This document shows positions 46,005 through 64,000 of a stretch of 64,000 nt of DNA, piece after piece. The notes below the pieces were generated by a model, which had not been told where the DNA came from, did not search any database, and was given only the letters and a program-made list of their open reading frames with translations. The DNA lies in the NCBI GenBank assembly GCA_002269645.1, contig NIVC01001081.1, positions 186,001-250,000 on the forward strand, read 5' to 3'. How positions within the stretch are numbered: position 1 is the stretch's first letter; the number at the start of each line of letters is the position of its first letter. A program made the translations under genes and the position numbers. The stretch is from Macrostomum lignano (Eukaryota).

Positions 46005-46705
46005 CTCGTGAGGGAGAGATGAGAGTGAGCGAGAGATGAGAGTAGAGATGAGAGTGAGGGAGATGAGAGTAGGGATGAGTGAGGGAGAGATGAGTGTGGG
46101 GGAGAGATGAGAGGGCAATAGAGATGAGTGTGAGATAGAGTTGAGAGTGACATAGAGACTAGAGTGAGATAGAGATGAGAGTGGGGGAGAGATGGGAGCA
46201 GAGATGAGAGTAGAGATGAAAGTGAGGGGGAAATGAGAGGAAAATAGATATGAGTGTGAGATAGAGACTAGATTGAGAAAGAAATAACAGTGAGATAGAG
46301 ATGAGAGTGACATAGAGACTAGAGTGAGATAGAGATGAGAGTGGTAGAGAGAGATGAAACGGAGGCAGAGGTGAGAGTGAGGGAAAGATGAGAGTAGAGA
46401 TGAGAGTGGGGGAGAGATGAGAGGAAAATAGAGATGGGTGTGAGATAGAGACTAGATTGAGAAAGAAATAACAGTGAGATAGAGATGAGAGTGACATAGA
46501 GACTAGAGTGAGATAGAGATGAGAGTGAGATAGAGATGAGAGTGGTAGAGAGAGATGAAACGGAGGCAGAGGTGAGAGTGAGGGAAAGATGAGAGTAGAG
46601 ATGAGAGTGGGGGAGAGATGAGAGGGCAATAGAGATGGGTGTGAGATAGAGACTAGATTGAGAAAGAAATAACAGTGAGATAGAGATGAGAGTGGGGGAG
46701 AGATA
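46005..46705 (+). repeat. Purine-rich degenerate repeat with longer internal duplications
   Basis: Blocks such as GATAGAGACTAGATTGAGAAAGAAATAACAGTGAGATAGAGATGAGAGTG recur three times. Confidence 0.85.
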
Positions 46706-47564
46706 TGAATGGGAGACAAGAATGTCAGAGAGAAGACCCTCATATGCTCAGGTGCAACTGCCACGGAAAATATTCGATAGCATGATGGGTGAGCCAGCCT
46801 CGAGCGCCTATCAAATTCTCCAGCGAAAATATTCGAAGCTCGATGGCTGTTGGCTTGTAAAAGCGGCTCCAAATGCAGCCATAAAAATATTGCTGCATTA
46901 ACCATAAAAACATTTTGGCGGCTGGGGATCAGGAAATTGCAGCTGGCGAAGGTCTGTCTCGATCTGCCTGCGTGATTAATGAGGCCACCGACCCCGTGTC
47001 CATCTCCTGCACCCCTCAGCAGCGCCTGTCAGGTGTTCACTTCCGGGGGAATGCGGGCTGGGGGTGGCGGGCGATATTTTCAAAGCCCACGGACAACAAT
47101 AACTTGACTTTGCAGCAGCTGACGCAATCAGCTCAGGCTAATTTTTTCAGGGAATGTCACTTGTCTCGGAGGAGTGAGGGGATGTCTGCTTGATCTTCCT
47201 GTAATTTCTTCCTTCAAGATTGGAATTTGACAAATTCCTTTGGGCCTTTCTGTTCGCGTGCCAGTGTCTTCTGCCTGCCGCCATTTCAGCAGCCGCTCTC
47301 TGCTGTGCGAAATTTTCCAATGCTTGATGATGAATGAAGAAATTCGAACTTTTTTGCACCTTCATTGTGCTCGGATATGTCTGTCCTCAGGACGGAGTAA
47401 GGATTGAGAGAGAGAAAGTTGGGAGTAGAGTGGAATTTAATGACAGTTGAGAGATGAGAGAAAGATAGATACTCCCACGGCTCATCCAGTTCCTTCGGGC
47501 GACAAGACGTAAGATCACGCTGCAGGATGGATGGACCGGCGGACCACCCTGACCGGCCCCAAGA

Positions 47565-48240
47565 GATGGAGACTAGAGGGATATGGAGACTAGAGGGAGA
47601 TAGAGACTAAAGGGAGATAGAGACTAGAGGGAGATGGAGACTAGAGGGATATGGAGACTAGAGGGATATGGAGACTAGAGGGAGATAGAGACTAAAGGGA
47701 GATAGAGACTAGAGGGAGATAGATATGGGACAGAGATAGAGACTAGAGGGAGACAGAGACTAGAGGGAGATAGAGATGGGAGGGAGATGGAGACTAGAGG
47801 GAGACAGAGATGGAAGGGAGATAATGACTAGAGAGATATAGACTAGAGGGAGATAGAGGCTAGAGGGAGACAGAGACTAGAGGGAGATAATGACTAGAGA
47901 GAGATATAGACTAGAGGGAGATAGAGACTAGAGGGAGATAGAGACTAGAGGGAGATAGAGACTAGAGGGAGATAGATATGGGACAGAGATAGAGGCTAGA
48001 GGGAGATAGAGACTAGAGGGAGATAGAGACTAGAGGGAGATAGATATGGGACAGAGATAGAGGCTAGAGGGAGATAGAGACTAGAGGGAGATAGAGACTA
48101 GAGGGATATAGATATGAGAGAGAGATAGAGATAGAGAAATAGAGATAGAGATGAGAAGAATGAAGGATAGATGAGAGTGGCGGAGGGTGAGAGTGAGATA
48201 GAGATGAAAGGGAGATAGAGATTAGAGTGAGGGAGAGATG
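47565..48240 (+). repeat. GAGACTAGAGGGAGATA 17-bp minisatellite
   Basis: Direct inspection. Confidence 0.92.
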
Positions 48241-48809
48241 ACCCTAGTCAAATGCTATGAGAGATTCGATAGCTCACTAAATTTATCCAGCCACAAGCGA
48301 TGATCAGCAGCCAATACATGACAAAACAAACGTGAAATTCAGTTCAGCCTTGGCACAGCGCTCCGGAATTACCCGCTCTCGTGACGGACAGCTGCATCTT
48401 GCATAGTTTTTGCTTCATAAACTCGTGCCCGTATAGCGAGCTGTGCGCGAGTTTCCTCTCAAGGTGTGCCTCATCTTTGACACCCAGAACTGGCCTGGCT
48501 GACTCTGTGCAGTGCCTCATTAGTGCCTCACGGGGCGCTGGGCCTCACAGCCTGATTCTAAATAGGGGAAAAATCAATTCATTACTGCACGCTGATTTTG
48601 TCAGCAAAGCAAACTCAGCAGGCAGCTGTTGATGATGCCAGGTCGCGGGTTCGATTCTATACAGTCTCCTCTAATTACTGGCGTAGCGAAATTTTCGGAA
48701 TCCCAAGAATTCAACAGTAATTAAGTCGTAAAAAGAAATTATTAACACAATCTAAAATTAGAATTTGAAGGAGGCTGGACTTGAATTTCGCTGAAGCTAA
48801 TGGGTGCAC

Positions 48810-49445
48810 TCTTGTGACAGTGTGTGTTTGTGACAGTGTGTGTTTGTGACAGTGTGTGCTTGTGAAAGTGTGTGCTGGTGACAGGGTGTGCTGGTGACAG
48901 TGTGTGCTTGTGACAGCGTGTGCTTGTGACAGTGTGTGCTTGTGACACTATGTGCTTGTGACAGCGTGTGCTTGTGACAGTGTGCTTGTGCAAGTGTGTG
49001 CTTGTGACAGTGTGTGCTGGTGACAGTGTCTGCTGGTGACAGTATGTGCTTGTGACAGTGTGTGCTTGTGACACTATGTGCTTGTGACAGCGTGTGCTTG
49101 TGACAGTGTGCTTGTGAAAGTGTGTGCTTGTGACAGCGTGTGCTTGTGACAGTGTGCTTGTGAAAGTGTGTGCTTGTGACAGCGTGTGCTTGTGACAGTG
49201 TGTGCTTGTGACAGTGTGTGCTTGTGACAGCGTGTGCTTGTGACAGTGTGTGCTTGTGACAGTGTGTGCTTGTGACAGTGTGTGCTTGTGACAGTGTGTG
49301 CTTGTGACAGTGTGTGCTTGTGACAGTGTGTGCTTGTGACAGTGTGTGCTTGTGACAGCGTGTGCTTGTGACAGTGTGTGCTTGTGACAGCGTGTGCTGG
49401 TGACAGTGTGTGCTTGTGGCAGCGTGTGCTTGTGACAGTGTGTGC
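48810..49445 (+). repeat. GTGACAGTGTGTGCTT 16-bp minisatellite
   Basis: Direct inspection. Confidence 0.95.
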
Positions 49446-50039
49446 CAGATTTTTTCAGACGCTGAGATACTCAGGATGCCAAGTTAGCGCTAAAAAGGTT
49501 GCATAAAGACTTCCTGTCATTTCAGGCAGCATTCGCTTTAATTAGCTTTTCTAAGTAGTATACCCCGAATTTTATTTAAGACAAACAAAGACAAAAAGGC
49601 AATTTTTTTTAGTTTTAAATGCAAAACGAATCTAAACTTTGGCTATTTTTATTGGTGAATGTAAACAAAATGAAAATAATTGTAACACGCAAACTCGATT
49701 TCATACTACTTACAGCGATATCAAGCGAAAAGTTGTTGAAATAGAATACGAACAGAAAAAATGCGAAGGAAAATACGAAGTAGGCCTAGAAAATATTTGA
49801 TATGACAAAAATAAATCTAACAGGGAAAAATCACAAAAGCAGCACCAAAAATGAGGAAAAATTCTAAACTGAAACGCTCTGAAGGATAATAAAATCGATT
49901 GCTTAAAACGCTTGCGCTGCATTGTGATTGAAATTCGATGGAGAAGAATGATTGCCGGACTCAATGTGATCCGAGTGACTGCAGCCTTGCCTGCGGGCCT
50001 GCGGCACGATGGACTCCTGCTCTGGAGGGAGAGGTGGAG

Positions 50040-50460
50040 AAATGGGGAGAGAAGTAGATATAATGGGGAGAGGTAGATAGGGGAAGAAGTAGATAGGTGG
50101 AGAGTTAGGTAGGGGGAGAGGTAGATGGGGGAGAGGTAGATAGGGGGAGAGGTAGATAGGGGGAGAGGTAGATAGGGGGAGAGGTAGATAGGGGGAGAGG
50201 TAGATAGGGGGAGAGGTAGATGGGGGAGAGGTAGATAGAGGGAGAGGTATATAGGGAGGAGGTAGATGGAGGGAGAGGTATATAGAGGGAGAGGTGGATA
50301 GCGGGAGAGGTAGATAGGGGAGAGTTAGATAGGTGGAAATGTTAGATAGAAGAAGAGGTAGGGAGAGGTAGATAGATAGGGGAGAGGAAGACAGCTTAAA
50401 AGATAGGTTGATGGATGGGGAGAGTTAGATAGATGGGGAGAGGTAGACAGATTAAGGGAG
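50040..50460 (+). repeat. GGGGGAGAGGTAGATA 16-bp minisatellite
   Basis: Direct inspection. Confidence 0.9.
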
Positions 50461-50583
50461 GGGTTAATCAAGGGGGATAAAGTGAAGACTGTCTCGCAGG
50501 TGTTCCATGCCAGTCAATCGCAGAGAGAGAAACCCAACCTGAACAGCATCAGCCGAGATGTCAGTGTCATTCTGGATTCAGCG

Positions 50584-50923
50584 TCAGTGCCGGTGCTGCC
50601 GCTTAGCCGGCGGCTCCTGGCCATCGTCAGATCCCCCGTCGGCTTCTCGCTGATGCCGCTGCAGCAGCTCAGTCAGATGCCGGATGTACCGGGTCGCCAG
50701 CCGCAGGGTGTCCAACTTGGACAGTTTGGTCTCCGGCGAGATGTTGGGCAGGGCGAGCTTGAGCCGCTGGTAGCCGCTGGCCAGGACTCGCATCCGCTCC
50801 CGCTCGCGCTGGTTGGCCAGCTGCCTCTCGGAGTCTCGGAGCCGCTTCCGGCTTTTCTGCTGCCGCTGCTGTTGCTGTTGTTGTTGCTGTTGTTGCTGTT
50901 GCTGCTGTTGCTGCAGCTGCTGC

Positions 50924-50956
<33 letters not shown>

Positions 50957-51132
50957 ATGTGTTGTTGCTGCTGCTCAAACAAGTGCCGAATCCGCACCCA
51001 TTCAAGCAAAGCTGGTGACGGTGGCGGCTGCAACGACTGGTGGTGCTGATGAAGCCAGGTTGCTTGTTGTTGATGTTGCTGATAATGCGCTTTGCCGTGC
51101 TGCGGGTCCATTGTCTGATTTTGCAGTGTCAC
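50584..51132 (-). CDS. MyoR: MyoR/TCF21/musculin-family bHLH transcription factor, paralogue 2, single exon, 182 aa
   Basis: [56 protein letters not shown]; long polyQ tract before the domain. Confidence 0.85.
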
Positions 51133-51449
51133 AGGCTTCGCAAATGATTGATTGTTGTAATTTGGGTTCTGTGTGTGTGTGTGTGCGACTCGAATTTATC
51201 CTCTGAGCGATGGAGCGGGGCGTCTGTGGCGGGGTTGGTCCGTGAAGGCCAGCCATTGGCTGCGACCTACCTGGGCAGGCCTCTCTCTCTCTCTCTCTCT
51301 CTCTCTCAGAGGTGGCGCGCGATGGGGTCATCGCATTCGGACAGTGCAACAGGTCCCGTGCTGGCGCTTGTGAATTAAATCTGGGATTAGAATTCGACTG
51401 CAAGCTCTTTGTTTGAGTGAAATAATAACAATTATTAGTGAATGTTTCA

Positions 51450-51810
51450 AAGAAGAGTTTGAGAGAGGGGCTAAGAAAGAGAAGCTAACAGAGAAGCTAA
51501 GAGAGAGAGGCTAGAGAGAAACTAAGAGAGAGATACCAAGAGAGAGATGCTAAGAGAGACATGTTAAGATAGAGATTCTAAGAGAGAGTAGTTAAGATAT
51601 AGATGCTGAGAGAGAAGCTTAGAGAGAGTGGGGCTAAGAAAGAGATGCTAAGAGAGATGCTAAGACAGAGATTCTAAGAGAAGCTAAGAGATGGGCTAAT
51701 AGAGAGGCTAAGAGAGAGGCTAAGAGAGAAAAGCTAATAGGAGGGTTAAGAAAGAGAAGCTAAGAGAGAGATGCTAAGCGCGGAGAGAGGCTGAGAGAGA
51801 GGCTAGGTGA
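51450..51810 (+). repeat. Degenerate GCTAAGAGAGA-type repeat
   Basis: Direct inspection. Confidence 0.75.
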
Positions 51811-51949
51811 GAGAGAATTTGATGTTCAGATGTGCTGAAGATCCAGCTGGAACACAAAGAGATCCAAAAGCCAGGTAAAACGGAAGCGTCGTTGCTTGCC
51901 TGGCACTTTGAAATCTTCACGGCCTGGATTGTTTTTGCTTGCATGGAGC

Positions 51950-53510
51950 GGGCCGATTGGAGGGGATTGGAGAGGTTTGGAGCGGATGGGGTTTGGGGGG
52001 CGGTTTGGAGCGGATGGGGCGGATTGGCGAGGATTGGAGAGGATGGGCGGTTTGGAGCGGATGGGGCGGATTGGAGAGGATGGGGCGGATTGGAGAGGAT
52101 TAGAGAGGATTGGAGAGGATGGGGCGGATTGGAGAGGATTGGAGAGGATTGGAGAGGATGGGGCGGATTGGAGAGGATTGGAGCGGATGGGGCAGTTTGG
52201 AGCGGATGGGGCGGATTGGAGCGGATGGGGCGGATTGGAGCGGATGGGGCGGATTGGAGCGGATGAGGCGGTTTGGGGCGGTTTGGAGCGGATGGGGCGG
52301 ATTGGAGCGGATGGGGCGGATTGAAGCGGATGGGGCAGTTTGGGGCGGTTTGGAGCGGATGGGGCGGTTTGGGGCGGATTGGAGAGGATTGGAGCGGATG
52401 GGGCGGTTTGGAGCGGATGGGGCAGTTTGGGGCGGTTTGGAGCGGATGGGGCGGTTTGGGGCGGATGGGGCGGTTTGGAGCGGATGGGGCGGTTTGGGGC
52501 GGATTGGAGAGGATTGGAGCGGATGGGGCGGTTTGGAGCGGATGGGGCAGTTTGGGGCGGATTGGAGCGGATGGGGCGGTTTGGGGCGGATGGGGCGGTT
52601 TGGAGCGGATGGGGCGGTTTGGGGCGGATTGGAGAGGATTGGAGCGGATGGGGCAGTTTGGAGCGGATGGGGCGGTTTGGGGCGGATGGGGCGGATTGGA
52701 GAGGATGGGGCGGTTTGGGGCGGATGGGGCGGATTGGGGCGGATTGGAGAGGATTGGAGCGGATGGGGCGGTTTGGAGCGGATGGGGCGGTTTGGGGCGG
52801 ATTGGAGAGGATTGGAGCGGAAGGGGCGGTTTGGAGCGGATGGGGCGGTTTGGAGCGGATGGGGCGGATTGGAGAGCATGGGCAGTTTGGAGCGGATGGG
52901 GCGGTTTGGAGCGGATGGGGCGGTTTGGAGCGGATGGGGCGGTTTGGAGCGGATGGGGCAGTTTGGAGCGGATGGGGCGGTTTGGAGCGGATGGGGCGGT
53001 TTGGAGCGGATGGGGCGATTTGGAGCGGATGGGGCGGTTTGGAGCGGATGGGGCGGTTTGGAGCGGATGGGGCGGGTTGGAGCGGATGGGGCAGTTTGGA
53101 GCGGATGGGGCAGTTTGGAGCGGATGGGGCGGGTTGGAGCGGATGGGGCGGTTTGGAGCGGATGGGGCAGTTTGGAGCGGATGGGGCGGTTTGGAGCGGA
53201 TGGGGCAGTTTGGAGCGGATGGGGCGGTTTGGAGCGGATGGGGCGGTTTGGAGCGGATGGGGCGGTTTGGGGCGGATGGGGCGGATTGGAGAGGATGGGG
53301 CGGTTTGGGGCGGATGGGGCGGTTTGGGGCGGATTGGAGAGGATTGGAGCGGATGGGGCGGTTTGGAGCGGATGGGGCGGTTTGGAGCGGATGGGGCGGT
53401 TTGGGGCGGATTGGAGAGGATTGGAGCGGAAGGGGCGGTTTGGAGCGGATGGGGCGGTTTGGAGGGGATGGGGCGGATTGGAGGGGATGGGGCGGATTGA
53501 AGAGGATGAG
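51950..53510 (+). repeat. TTTGGAGCGGATGGGGCGG 19-bp G-rich minisatellite
   Basis: Direct inspection; period 19 at 52924 and 52943. Confidence 0.97.
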
Positions 53511-54149
53511 TGGATTTTAGCACTGCCTTACCGGATTTAAACGGAGCATAAGGTAGCGGTCAAAAATGAGCAAATGCTCTAAAAAAGTGGTAGCCCTAAA
53601 CCCCACTCGAGTGGCACCCCGCTGGGTGCATTTCGCTTCGACCGGTCAGCCCCTCTATCTTACTTTCACACCTAACAAGTAGTCCGGTCCCAAGTCCGCT
53701 CGGTTCGGCCCTCACATTTTAGGATCAACTGCTCCGAGCAAAGCCCCAAACCATGGGGATGCCCGCCCCCCGCTGTTCGAAGCTGGCTTTAGCGCATTTT
53801 GGTTCAACAGATGCTCGCAGATTTTCGAGGCGTTTTGGACTGGGCCGCGGCACCCCGCCGAGACCTGCCAATCTGGCAGTGAGCTGCCGGAGCCTTCCGA
53901 GACTCCTGCGCCTCTCCAGTTCGCCAGGATTGGTTTGTTGCTGGGCCTGCTCGGACCTGCCGGAGGTTAAACCGAAATTTTCCCAAAAAGTTTTCCAAAC
54001 CTCCAAATAGCTGGCAGAGATGAGTCCTTATCAGAGCATTCACACCTTGCGCGCGACAGTTTGGGGACAGCTGTTTACGGGTGAAAATGTTGCTTGTGTC
54101 ACCTCAACACGACTGCCGCGTGCTTGCTATTTAGTTTTAAACATTTCTT

Positions 54150-54770
<621 letters not shown>

Positions 54771-55145
54771 GTTAAAAGTTCGCATCGGTAAGAAATCAAT
54801 CTTGCTACTTCAAGTAGGGCAATACACAAGTCTTTTATTTCAAAGTTATCCCAAAACTTTGGAGTGCAGTAAAAGTTAAAATCGAAACTCTGCATCCCAT
54901 CCTGCCCAGGAAGCGGCCTCATCCGAGGACTCTCAAACAGCACGGAGCTCTCCAAGCGGACGCCAGATGACGGTCAGCATCACATCCAGAAAATCCTGCT
55001 GTTCTCAGCCCACAAGCCAATCCTGCGGACTCCTCCAATTGAGTTTTTTTATAGAGGGATGAAATTTTTTCTGAGTCCCAATCTTTCCTCATCTCTTTCC
55101 CTCATCTTGTTCCTCTTCGGCCCACCCGAGGCAAACACTGGCTTG

Positions 55146-55159
55146 GTAACCATGGCAAC
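55146..55159. promoter_or_regulatory. RFX X-box in the nanchung-like promoter
   Basis: GTAACCATGGCAAC fits GTNRCC-AT-RGYAAC; ends ~170 bp upstream of the ATG; forkhead-type TAAACA at 55230-55235. Confidence 0.75.
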
Positions 55160-55326
55160 AGCGATCGATGCCCCGCGAGTGGACTCAGTTTGCAGCCACC
55201 CCCGCCCCGCAGCAAGCAGATGAAGCAATTAAACAAGCCGCAGCCGCCTCCCACACGAAAGCCTGAGTTGGTAACTGCCTTCCCAGTCCGAGAAGTTTTC
55301 CCGCGTGATAATCTGTGACTGCAGCA

Positions 55327-63791
<8,465 letters not shown>

Positions 63792-64000
63792 GTGAGTTTA
63801 GTGCACTGTCGCCAGTATATAAGCGTAAATGTTTTCTAAAATTTTCTGTTAATATTTAGATAGTCCTACTTACAGTAGATGGATTGTGCATGAAAAAGAG
63901 CACGCAGAGCTTGCATGAATAAACGGGGGATTCGTTTAGAATGTTCATGCGTACATTGTTTGTCGGCCGTCAGTGATGAATGTACATAGGGTAAACTGAG

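Noticed and set aside
48648-48657. Pol III B box GGTTCGATTC
   Set aside because: No clear A box, tail or TSD; at most a decayed SINE or tRNA fragment.

Overview
Eukaryotic (metazoan) genomic DNA. GC-rich exons, GT-AG introns packed with micro- and minisatellites, and the gene content are consistent with a free-living flatworm such as Macrostomum; this is an inference and was not checked. The first ~14 kb is a nest of decayed mobile elements. It holds an intron-containing zinc-finger/tyrosine-recombinase (Crypton-like) fossil split by a tRNA-derived SINE, a hAT MITE whose left end has been tandemly amplified, an internally deleted Ngaro/DIRS-type element, and two solo LTR-like units with 4-bp TSDs, one nested in ORF1 of an R1/LOA-like LINE. 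An intact single-exon C-type lectin + PAN/apple gene lies among them. After that come a 9-exon, very divergent DOCK-family GEF gene (15044-26966, +), a 7.3-kb 42-bp satellite, a tandem-CCCH zinc-finger gene (-), two convergent MyoR/TCF21-family bHLH paralogues, and the first 10 exons of a nanchung-type TRPV channel (from 55327, running off the window) with RFX X-boxes in its promoter and intron 1. Most long ORFs in the supplied track are translations of tandem repeats or antisense shadows. All exon structures were assembled by eye from splice consensus and reading-frame continuity.
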